The notes under the pieces: model-generated | The model's database searches: none | Seen by the model: the letters and a program-made list of their open reading frames with translations, nothing else | What the model was told of the DNA's origin: nothing | From: Pecten maximus | Taxonomy: Eukaryota | Reading direction: 5' to 3' | Assembly: GCF_902652985.1 (NCBI RefSeq) | Contig: NC_047029.1 | Coordinates: 3,720,001-3,784,000, forward strand | DNA: 64,000 nt | Program-made: the position numbers and the translations under genes | Part shown: one piece after another, positions 1 through 12,600 of the stretch | Layout of the letters: each line of letters begins with the position of its first letter | Position numbering within the stretch: position 1 is the first letter of the stretch

Positions 1-395
1 ACCAAAGGCCTATCTAATCATCCGTCAAAGGCCTACCTAATCATCCACCAAAGGCCTACCTAATTATCCGCCAAAGGCCTACCTAATCATCCCCTACCTT
101 ATCATCCGTCAAAGGCCTACCTAGTTATCCGCCAAAGGCCTCCCTAATCATCCGCCAAAAGCCTACCTAATCATCCCCTACCTAGTTATCCGTGAAAGGC
201 CTACCTAATCGTCCGCCAAAGGCCTACCTAATCGTCCGTGAAAGGCCTACCTAATCGTTCGCCAAAGGTCTACCTAATCGTCCGCCAAAGGCCTACCTAA
301 TTATCCGCCAAAGGCCTACCTAATCATCCCCTACCTAATTATCCACCAAAGGCCTAACTAATCATGCGACCAAAGGCCTACCTAATCATCCGCCA
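1..395. repeat. ~23-bp minisatellite (ccaaaggcctacctaatcatccg)
   Basis: Visible tandem copies with short deletion variants. Confidence 0.9.
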
Positions 396-659
396 TGCCT
401 TCTGTTCTGGTTAATTCGAATTAACGGAATCACGAAATTATGTGTGAATGTCTTCCGATATTAAAAAGAAAGTGATCATTGCTGTACGATATCGCAATAA
501 AACTTCATTCTAACCCTTCCAAGTAATGGATGACGATGTATGCTATACATCTTCATGTTGCTTATACTCCTCTATTACCTCAGCTTCATATTGTCATTCC
601 GTAATTTGGTTTTACACAAAATGGAGATCGAGTTGTCCCAGGTCAATATACAAAGTATA

Positions 660-1183
660 GTTTTCGATGGATGGCATAATACCCGAGCCGGAGGGCACTA
701 TGATCTGATAGTACTGTCGAGGGATGGCATATTACCCGAGCCGGAGGGCACTATGATCTGATAGTACTGTCGAGGGATGGCATAGTACCCGAGCCGCAGG
801 GCACTATGATCTGATAGTTCTGTCGGGGGATGGCATAGTACCCGAGCCGGAGGGCACTATGATCTGATAATATACAGTTTTCAAATGGGTAGGAGGGCGA
901 TAGTAATTTTGTCAGCCCCGAATTACCCCATTTGATAACTGTTTTATTATACCTTTACTTTTTTTCTTTTTTTTAATATATATATATAAGTAGTTATTCG
1001 CTACCCCGAGGGATGGCATAGTACCCGAGCCGGAGGGCACTATGGTTTGATAGTGTTGCAGAGGCGTGGCATAGTACCCGAGCCAAAGTCTCAAATCAAT
1101 TCTGTTGTATACACATTACTGATTTACCTTGCATTTACTGCGTTTTTAAATATTTCGAAATTTACCACTGAATCACAAATCGA
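660..1183. repeat. Interspersed element with ~59-bp internal tandem repeats; 3' part (c.1075-1183) recurs at c.41820-41933
   Basis: ggatggcatagtacccgagccggagggcactatg x5; shared gagccaaagtctcaaatcaatt...gaatcacaaatcgat. Confidence 0.75.
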
Positions 1184-1296
1184 TGAAAGTATAATATTAA
1201 CTATATGACGTAATCGCTTTTGATAAAATAACATGTGTGATTACTCCGCTATTATCTGCTGTTGATTGCTATTGTTGTTGTTTTTATTGTTTTTAG

Positions 1297-1395
1297 ACCG
1301 GATGTTTCCCCTTACACTACGCCGCTCAGAAAGGTTATATCGATGTTGTTGATCTTTTGCTGGAAAAGGGTGCCGAGACATTCGCATGGGATAAG
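1297..1395 (+). CDS. Ankyrin-repeat exon TGCFPLHYAAQKGYIDVVDLLLEKGAETFAWDK
   Basis: 99 nt, phase 0-0, ttttag|...|gtaagt; matches ankyrin consensus G.tPLH.AA..G...vv..LL..GA. Confidence 0.93.
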
Positions 1396-4300
1396 GTAAG
1401 TAACATGTGCTAATGCAGTAAAATGAAACGTCAGTCCAACCTTTAGTCAAGTTACATATTCACAATTTAGATATAAGTAATTATTTAACTATTTATAGTT
1501 ACTTCCCATTAAGTAATTGGAGCCAGTAATAACAGTTGTACAATTCGAGTACAAAAGCGTTTGTGACAAGCAAAAACAGCACAAACTTGCGAAACGCCAA
1601 ATATAGGAAACGGAAAAATCACTATAATCACGTATGAAATATAGCTATCAACATTATTTCTTTTATAATATCATAATGCTGTGATTCATTTCCAAATTCC
1701 TTGTTTCAGAATGGCCAAACAGCGTTACACAAAGCTGCTATGCAAGGGCACGTGAACGCTATAATATCCCTGGTCGCCAGAGGAGCCAGGGTTGATATAA
1801 TTGATCGGGTGAGTAACTAGGGAGTTAAGTTGTTTGAAAACTGATAAGAAAGATAATGTGTCAATGTGTTCATCATCGTATGCAATAATGCACAGACATG
1901 CCTGGGTTGGTCAGTTTGGCTGGTTATATTAATCGTGTCTCGTGTTTGCATAAAAAGGTGTTGTTTTTTGCTTTTTTTTTTATTTTTATCAAACGTGTGC
2001 GTATCGATCAGTTTTGAATGTTCACATTACCAGGACAAATTTCTCAGTGTCAACACACAAGGACAAGATATTCATTCAGTAAAAAATCATAACTCAAACA
2101 TAACACATCATGGCAAAATATTAAAAATGTCAACTAAACCAGTGTATAATAAATCCATTTTGTGTGCCCTAAGGACCCTTTTGTCAGATCCTGACTCATA
2201 TATGACCGACGTATAGTAAGCAGTACGCCAGCATCTTACGCTAATGTATGTCTATTGTATAACATGAAACTTTCGCTGTGTATAAACTTTCTTTGTTTTC
2301 GTGGTTGCTATGGAAACAAGAATATAGATACAACAAATAGTGTTGCATGTATTATTGTTTTATTGTTGATGCAAGGGCTAACCGCGAATTAGTTAAAAGT
2401 TCTAAACCACGAAAGAAAGTGCACACGAACATTTCATGGTATACAGTATATAGAAGTAATATTATGTTTTCGTCTTACCTAGACTGGACGGTTGGCACTG
2501 GAGTATGCCGTGAGGAGCAAACATGTTGCTGCCGTAAAGCTGCTGTGTCAGTTTGGATCAGAGCCACTTCTCTTAGACTGGGTAGGTATTGCCAAAACAG
2601 CTATCTTATATACTTGGTAGGTAATGATATCGGCTTCCTAGCCAAGGTTACGTTCTCTGGAATATGTCATGGCAAAGTCAGTGCCATTTTGTGGATACAA
2701 CCGAAAGCCTAGTTTGTTCCTTCGTACATCAAACGGTTTGTGAGGTAGCTGTACTGATAAACTAACTGGCGACTTTGAATTGGTTTGTTGTTCCTTTGTA
2801 ATCGTTAAAATTAATGCATCATATTCGCGCAAACCCTTCCAACTCTGGAATATCGAGAATGTAAGATTTGATATGCTCCATTATGATAGCAAAGACAACG
2901 TGTCCAGATTTCCTACTCCCTCACACAGATTAATAACAATATAAATATAAATTATTGTTTTGTGCTGGTGATATAATTGGTTATATACCATACACCTAAT
3001 AGGAGTATGATCAGTATTTCATGTAAAACGCCTTTTAGACAGGTTAATTGCTCAGAAGATTGAAGCTTTTTATTTTATGTATCCTGGCTCCTTTCCACGT
3101 AATAAAACTGTAGAACTATGTTATACATGTCATTATTTTCACACATTATACAGTCCATTGATATTGAGCCATATGTCACGACTAACTCCTCAATACAAGC
3201 TACACTTTCATGGTCATGCTAATTCTGACAAACAATTATGTTTGAAAACCGAATCTTTTAGAAAATGAAACACTAATGATGTATTTGTATAAAACAGCCA
3301 ATTAATAAACCGTACCTGCTACACTGCTCATAAATAAAACAGTCAGAAAACTGCTCAAATGACAAAACAACAACAGTCAGAAAACTGCTCAAATAACAAA
3401 ACGCAAAACCACAACAACAGTCATAAAACTGCTCAAATAACAAAACGCAAAACCACAACAACAGTCAGAAAACTGCTCAAATAACAAAACAACAACAGTC
3501 AGACAGCTGTTTAACAACAAGACAAAGATTAACAACAAGTCAGAGAGCTGCTCAACAGCAAAACATAAATTCACAACAGTCAGACAGTTACTCAACAACA
3601 AAAAACGAATACAAAACAACAGTAAGAAATCTGCTCACAAATAAAACAACAACAGTCAGAAAGCTGTTCATAAACAAAACAACAACAATCAGAATGCTGC
3701 TCATAAACAGAACAGCAAGTCAGAAAACATATCAACAACAAAACACAAATCCACAACAACAGTCAGAAAGCTGCTCAATAATAAAACATAAATCCTCCAC
3801 AACGCCCAGAACGCTGTTCAGAAACAACACAAGTTGACAACAGCAGTCAGAAAGCATGTTTGCTTTGAGAATTGTAAAAGTATTTCCAAATCTCCACTAA
3901 ATCTTATGAAGATATTGATACAGACCTTTTTTCCGTTTGAATACAAAAAGGCTAAATAATATATAGGTGATTCTATTTTCCCTTTCCTTGTATATTGAGA
4001 CGTAATGCATTAAAATATAAAAAATAAGTGTAAGCACATGTACATTTTAAATGATGTATAATGCGTGTAAATGCATTGTGAAACGTTCCTATTGCAAGGT
4101 AAACACTTCAAAAATTGGGAAGACATAAAACGTTTTAGTTTGTTGGTGTGTTGTTTGACAATGAATCCATCTGAAGATAGCACTGTGTTATCCTAAAAGT
4201 GATACCTGAAATGTGAAATCTAAATTTTGAAACCTAAAATGACACTTAGTAATGTACTACCTCTGCAACATGAGATGATCTTTGATCGTCCTTGATAGCG

Positions 4301-7300
4301 ATCAATACGAGTCTCCATTGATAGCGATCAACACGAGTCTCTAGTGATAGCGATCAACACGAGTCTCCAGTGATAGCGGTCAACACGAGTCTCCATTGAT
4401 AGCGGTCAACACGAGTCTCCAGTGATAGCGATCAACACGAGTCTCCAGTGATAGCGGTCAACACGAGTCCCCAATGATAGTGTCCAACACGAGTCCCCAA
4501 TGATAGCGATCAACACGAGTCCCCAATAATAGCGATCAACACGAGTCTCCAGTGATAGTGTTCAACACGAGTCCCCAATGATAGTGATCAACACGAGTCC
4601 CCAATGATAGCGATCAACACGAGTCTCCAGTGATAACGATCAACACGAATCTCCAATGATAACGATCAACACGAGTCTCCAGTGATAGCGATCAACACGA
4701 GTCTCCAGTGATAGCGATCAACTCGAGTCCCCAGTGATAGCGATCAACACGAATCTCCAGTGATAGCGGTCAACACGCGTCCCCAGTGATAGCGGTCAAC
4801 ACGAGTCCCCAATGATAGCGATCAACACGAGTCCCCAGTGATAGTGATCAACATGAGTCCCCAATGACAGCGATCAACACGAGTCACCCATGGTAGCGAT
4901 CAACACGAGTCCCCAATGATAGCGGTCAACAGGAGTCCCCATTGATAGCGGTCAGCACGAGTCTCCATTGATAGCGGTCAACACGAGTCCCCAATGATAG
5001 CGATCAACACGAGTCTCTAGTGATAGCGATCAACACGAGTCTCTAGTGATAGCGGTCAACACGAGTCCCCATTGATAGCGGTCAACACGAGTCTCCATTG
5101 ATAGCGGTCAACACCAGTCTCCATTGATAGCGATCAACACGAGTCTCTAGTGATAGCGATCAACACGAGTCCCCAGTGATAGCGATCAACACGAATCTCC
5201 AGTGATAGCGGTCAACACGCGTCCCCAGTGATAGCGGTCAACACGAGTCCCCAATGATAGCGATCAACACGAGTCCCCAGTGATAGTGATCAACACGAGT
5301 CCCCAATGACAGCGATCAACACGAGTCACCCATGGTAGCGATCAACACGAGTCCCCAATGATAGCGGTCAACACGAGTCCCCATTGATAGCGGTCAACAC
5401 GAGTCCCCATTGATAGCGGTCAACACGAGTCTCCATTGATAGCGGTCAACACGAGTCCCCAATGATAGCGATCAACACGAGTCTCTAGTGATAGCGGTCA
5501 ACACGAGTCCCCATTGATAGCGGTCAACACGAGTCTCCATTGATAGCGGTCAACACCAGTCTCCATTGATAGCGATCAACACGAGTCTCTAGTGATAGCG
5601 ATCAACACGAGTCCCCAATGATAGCGATCAACACGAGTCTCCAATGACAGCGATCAACACGAGTCACCAATGATAGCGATCAACACGAGTCACCAATGAT
5701 AGCGATCAACACGAGTCACCAATGATAGCGATCAACACGAGTCACCAATGATAGCGGATCAAGACGACGTCTTCCTCCTATGTTCATTCCTTATCTTGAT
5801 TAAGTCCGAAAATATTATTTGATTTAATGTTTGATGACATTTATTCGGTTATTTAAATAAAAATCGTTGTTTTACAGACATGGTTACAAGATGACGACCT
5901 CAAGAAAAAATCCGACCTGTTCGAAATAGCCAAAGTTTTAAAGAGACAGCTCATGCGTATATCTGGTTATAAACACGGGTATGTACACTTCCGACTATAG
6001 ATATCTAAGTACATGTACATTTTAAACGATGTATAATGCGTGTAAATACATTGTGAAACGTTTCTATTGCAAGGTAAACACTTCAAAAATTGGGAGATAT
6101 AAATAGTTTTCGTTTGTTTATGTGCTGTTTGGCAATAAAGCCATCTGAAGACAGCAATGTGTTATCTGAAAAGGGAAACCTGAAATGTGAAATCTAAATT
6201 TTGAAACCTAAAATGACACTGAGTAATGTAATACTTCTGAAACATCAGATGGTTTTCGATCACATAATCTCCCATAGTATTGCCCCTCCTCCAGTTTCCT
6301 CCCATGTCGGCCCCTCCTCCAGTTTCCTCCCGTGTCGGCCCCTCGTTCAGTTTAATCCCACAGTACGGCCCCTCGTCCAGTTTCCTCCCACAGTATGGCC
6401 CCTCGGCCATTTTCCTCCCATAGTATTGCCCCTCGTCTAGTTTCCTCCCATAGTATTGCCCCTCGGCCATTTTCCTCCCATAGTATTGCCCCTCGTCTAG
6501 TTTCATCCCATAGTATTGCCTCTCGTCCAGTTTACTCCCATAGTATTGCCCCTCGTCCAGTTTCATCCAATAGTATTGCCCCTCGTCCAGTTTCATCCCA
6601 TAGTATTGCCCCTCGTCCAGTTTACTCCCATAGTATGGCCCCTCGTCCAGTTTCATCCCATAGTATTGCCCCTCGTCCAGTTCATCCCATAGTATTGCCC
6701 CTCGTCCAGTTTCATCCAATAGTATTGCCCCTCGTCCAGTTTCATCCCATAGTATTGCCCCTCGTCAAGTTTACTCCCATAGTATTGCCCCTCGTCCAGT
6801 TTCATCCCATAGTATTGCCCCTCGTCCAGTTCATCCAATAGTATTGCCCCTCGTCCAGTTTCATCCCATAGTATTGCCCCTCGTCCAGTTTCATCCCATA
6901 GTATGGCCCCTCGTCCAGTTTAATCCCATAGTATTGTCCCTCGTCCAGTTTCATCCCATGTCGGCCCCTCGTCCTGTTTAATCCCATAGTATTGCCCCTC
7001 GTCCAGTTTCATCCCATAGTATTGCCCCTCGTCCAGTTTCATCCCATAGTATGGCCCCTCGTCCAGTTTAATCCCATAGTATTGCCCCTTGTCCAGTTTA
7101 ATCCCATAGTATTGTCCCTCGTCCAGTTTCATCCCATGTCGGCTCCTCGTCCAGTTTATTCCCATAGTATTGTCCCTCGTCCAGTTTCATCCCATGTCGG
7201 CTCCTCGTCCAGTTTATTCCCATAGTAAGGCCCTTCGTCCCGTTTCGCCCATTGCACGGCCCCTCGTCCAGATTCCTCCCGTACATGTAGTTAGACCCCT

Positions 7301-9611
7301 CGTCCAGTTTTCTCCAATAGAAAGACCCCTCGCGCGCTTCCATCAAGGGCATCAGGAATGTTTAGAATTATTTGGCAATCGGGAACCTTCGGTACTTTCC
7401 GTAAATAAGACGATAGCATTTTCCGTTTACGAATAGTGTTGGAGGTTCCTGATTGTAGAAGTTGGTATAACTTATTTCTCAACAGTGGTCAGATAAATAA
7501 ATGTTCTATATATATTGTAACCACTCTGACCCCATTTTTCAATAAAATGTTTGTCAACAGAGCGATAAGACTCGATGTGGCGTTGATCATCCCAGGGGAG
7601 GGGTCGACGATACTACTACAGAACACGGGTGTTGATGTGAACACGGTAGAGGGACAGGGATCCTACTACTTTTATCTGTGTCAGACAGAGGAAGCGTACA
7701 GCAACCCACCAGCTCTGGAGCCGGGGGAGGAGGCGTTCGGCCACATACTGGAATGTCAGACCTGGGGGTCCCGGGTCAAGACAACCACCCTAACAGTGAC
7801 CGTCGAAAGGCCACTCCGGAGTAATGAGGAGGTTGTCCTACGGCCCGAAACAAAACTTGGAGGCGTTGACCAAGCGGAGGTACAAGATGTGGGAGGAAAA
7901 GAGGTATGTTTAAGTATAATATCTTAATATGCCACTGTGGTAGATTGATTCCTTCAACTTAGAATGGACTGAGTGGAAATTATGAAGGAAAATTTTCATT
8001 GCTGAAATATTGAATCTTAGAAACAATCCCGCCATGTTGTAGAGTGAACTTAAGTCGTTGTTTAACTTGACTATTTATATTATTATATTAAAATGACAGA
8101 AAAATAATTTCTAATTTCTTACTGTGTATAAAGGTTACCATAGTGACTCTAACTATTCCACTGCCCTCATCTGGCGTCTACCACTTCGCTATGGCAACAA
8201 GGGAAAAAAAACAAGTCTTTCCAACTCTCAAATGAAGCTGTTACGCTCAAACCGGATGTGGAACCAGAGGCGGAAATAGCCATTCCTGCTGGCACGTTTG
8301 AGTCGGGGGAATTGTCAATAAAGGTCGGCGACCGTGCATTTGTTTTCTATCACGCTCACTCATAATTACCCATCATTTAAAACGGCCTTCCAGTTATCTT
8401 GTAAAGGTTTTTTTTTTTTTTTTTTTTAACTTGTTTTGGATTTATTGAAAACTATTAGAGAAAGCACTGTAACATCTACATCATCATTTGAGAGATGACA
8501 ATGTTTTAGTATTTATTGAAATGTACTTATTTGAAGACAGAAAGAAAACTATTTCTTGGTAACTAAGTATGTATACAAACTACCAAATGTTATTAAATTT
8601 TCAGAAATAATGAACACAAAAAATGTCAAAAAGTTAGGACATTTATGTAGATTTATAAAACTTAAATTTCAAAAAGTCTGACGATCTGTCCTCCACATGC
8701 ATCGAATTTGCTTTGTTTGTTCATTGTTCCAAATATGTTTTTCTCCGTTCTTCTCATTTTGTGAATAGAAATGAAATTAAGCTTAAAGATAGTTTGAAGA
8801 AAACATAGTTCTTGCTTTAGATAAAGGTTTGGATTTGTAATGATTTCATACTATGATATCTCAGTCTTTGATGTGAGTCACAACCTCGACAATCAATCAT
8901 CTTAATGATGTGACATTGTCAATGGTATGTAATCTGGTGTGTCACCATTCGTCAAAGCGTTAACCTTCACCCTAACGTTATCTTCAGTTCGTGGATACCG
9001 CTGAAGTAAATGAAGAAATCAAGGAGAGTGAAGAATCTGAGAATGCCTCAGATGGTCCTATGTTGATGACGAATGTCCTTGACCTCTCCACTACTGACGG
9101 ACAACAACCTACCAAAGACATAGAGATGAGAATTCCGGTAAAAACAAAAGACAAAACGGAGGAGTTTTTAGTGCTGACGTCATCAAACCCCGACCCAAAT
9201 CTGGAGGAATGGGTGTGGGAAAAACTGGAGGCGGAAATAGATGATGCTGGCAAGGCTGTGTTCAACATAAACCACTTTTCAATGTGAGTATTACCCTGTT
9301 GTGCTGTTATTGAAAAATAATTTTATCTATATAGCTCATTGACATGTTTTAGAGTCAGTAATGAAATAAGATTAAAATACATGTACAAGTTAAACTATTT
9401 TTGCTCATTGAGACGATTGCAGTCATACCGGCTAACAGTTTTTTGTTTGTTTCTTTTATAATATTATATACTGAATAAGTAAATTGCGCTTTCCGAATAT
9501 ACCTATGTACTTGCTGTTCTTTACGAACCAATGTTGTAAATTCTGGAATTGATTGAATAATTGAACTAGTGTACCTCCTCGACAAGATTGTGACATTTGT
9601 TCCGACCAGAT

Positions 9612-9647
<36 letters not shown>

Positions 9648-12600
9648 GCTTGCTGTTGTCTCATTGATATCAACACTCGAGACCCGTAATATCACTGACA
9701 AGTCGAAGACTATTTGTTTGGCTCAATCTCCCAATTCGTGTTGAAGTGGGTCAATATCTGTGCGACTTTTGTACAATCCTCTAAAAGGACTGTTTTAAAG
9801 TTTTGATGGCGTAACCAAAGCATTATACAATTACAGGTCAGATGAGTATTCAGTAAAATGAACATGATACCCAGTAACTTTCATAATGAAATCAGGATTT
9901 TTGGAAAAAAATGTCAACTTTTGTCTTCTTGCAGATATGCTGGAGCTGCAAAGAAAACTGTTCTTAAAGATGAAAAGACTGTTGAGGCTGCAATTCGCCA
10001 ATCTTACTTAAAAATGAGGAAAATTCATTTCTTGGTCATGGTAAACAAACCACAGCCAAACGCTACCAAAACTGACATTACCATTATGTGTGGCACACAG
10101 CGTAAAACGAAAACAGACAAGAAAAAAATGTACAAAAGGTCATGCGAGTGCTTTGATAGCGGGACAGACTTGTTTGAGGTACCGGAGGGACAGATATTCC
10201 AGGTAACGTATCTGAGAACGATTGCTAACATACCAACTTCCTTTCTCACAAATTTCCATAAACTTTCAATTACGCAATATTGTTAATAGTCTTAGTCTAA
10301 CAAATCTTCCGAAATAGACCTGGGTAGAAATATCATTGATGTTTTGATGTGTTGACGTGTTGACGTGTGTTGATGTGTTGATGTGTTGATGTTTTGACGT
10401 GTTGATGTGTTGACGTGTTGACGGAAAGTGTTAACTATTCACAACTATGCTTATTTTAGGCCAATCATTATGGCAAGCCGTTTGGGTTTTTACCTATTGA
10501 AATGAAGATATCTCTATTTAATTAAAGATATCTCTATTTAAAATGAAGATATCTCTATTTAATTAGAGATATCTGTAATTTAAATAAAGATATCTCTATT
10601 TAAATAAAGATATGTCTAATTTAAATACAGATATCTCTATTTCTACTGAAAATAGAGATACCTTCTTTTAAATTACAGATATCTCTATTTCAAATTCAGA
10701 TATCTCTATTTGAATTACAGATATCTTTAATTGTAATTGAGATATCTTTAATTGTAATTGAGATATCTTTATTTTAAATAGAGATATCTTTAATTCTTGT
10801 CCAATTAAAGATATCTTTATTTAAAATAGAAATATCTCTATTTGAATTAAAGATATCCCTATTTTAAATAGAGATATCTTTAATTTTGTTTAAATAGAGA
10901 TGTCTTCATTTTAAATACAGATATCTCTAATTCAATTACAGATATCTCTATTTTAAATAGAGATATCTTTAATTGAATTATAGATATCTGCAATTACTTT
11001 GCAATACAGATATCTCTATTTCAAATACAGATATCTCTATTTCAAATACAGATATCTGTATTTACACGTGTTTGCTCAGTGCGAAGATTAATATTGAAAC
11101 ACAAAGAAAATAATGATTACTCCCTAATCCTGATCAGTGTTAACGAAACGCTTGTAATTAAATTGGACTATCCGGATCCCATATGCATGCATGAGAGATG
11201 TAGGTCTAAACCGATAAACTTGCTACTTGGAGGGGATTTCTAAAGGACAGAACATGGCAACTGTTCTACGGGAAATAGAGCGAACTGTTGCGGCTATACG
11301 CAGTACCATTGAAAGCAGCACACGGTCTGCATTTCCCGCCATTTTGCGTCACTACTGCTTTACTTCCGTCATGCGCAAAAGGGAGAATCAAGGGAGCAGT
11401 CGTTTTTCCTATTTGATGGTTATATACAGATATCTCTATTTCATGTCAAATAAAGATATCTTTAATTCAAATAGAGATATCTGTATTTAAAATAAAGATA
11501 TCTGTATTTCTACAACAATTAGAGATATCTGTATTTGAAATAGAGATATCTTTAATTGAATTAGAGATGTCTTTAATTGAATTAGAGATATCTGTATTTG
11601 AATTAGAGATATCTCTATTTCGTGTTTAATTAGAGATATCTGTATTTTAAATTGAGATATCTCTAATTCAAATACAGATATCTCTAATTCAATTAAAGAT
11701 ATCTCTATTTAAATTAAAGACATCTCTATTTCAATTAAAGATATCTTTAATTTTTATATTAATAATGATATCTTTATTTTGAATACAGATATCTGTATTT
11801 AATAGGTAAAAACCCAAACGGCTTGCCATAAATCATATGGTGTTCCGTTAGGGCCAAATTTCCCTTATCGCTTCTTTGCTCCTTCGACCTAAACGCGAAG
11901 GACGTGTTTTCTCTCCTTCGCCATCGTATTTTCGCTCCCTCGCTTCTTCGCTTCTTCGCTCCTTCGCAATCGTGTTTTCGCTTCTTCGCTATACAAACAA
12001 TATTGAACCGGGGCATGGTATGAAATTTTAAATCGACTAAGGTTAAAATAAAATAATAGAGGTATCTATGTAAATATAAAAAGGCGAGTTCGATTAAATT
12101 CCAATTTGAATTGACAGCTGGGCTTAAAGGGACTAAATGGTTAGATTTCAATAATTTCTACATGCATTTGATTTCCGGAAAGCGTTGTGATACTTGAAAT
12201 TAGATTGTTTACAAAATTATGACACTTTTTGTGAAATATTGGCAATGTTTATCAACTTCGAATTATCGCTGAACAACATTTGCTGTTTACATCGGAGAGA
12301 GCCGAGTGCGTCACATGATTTCGGTATCCTCGCTTTCACCCGACGAAAATGGAATCGAGGTAAGTGTAAACATTTGTCACGTGGATGTAGAACATGTGAT
12401 TACTTTGCAATCAGATGGCTTATACGGTCTCTAGGAATACCAATCGTTATTCACTATTGTTGATTGAGAGCTCAAACAGATAAAACTACGTAATAACCCT
12501 CAGAAGTAGCATGTGAAATTTTGACATTCGGCAATGGGGCCTCCAAAGGGGACTTCGTTTCGTTTTTTGTGAACTAGGAAAATATTATTATCATTCATCT

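Noticed and set aside
4294-7330. CRISPR-like appearance of leader plus 26/30-bp repeats (and other arrays)
   Set aside because: No unique spacers, no cas genes, eukaryotic intronic context
6162-7436. GQYYGMKLDE-type ORFs resembling Gly/Tyr-rich structural proteins
   Set aside because: 30-bp repeat with frame-breaking 29-bp units; open in several frames; intronic
9613-9645. Long poly-G run (also poly-C at c.13907 and c.18023) giving polyproline ORFs
   Set aside because: Homopolymers within repeats, with unreliable length; no coding evidence
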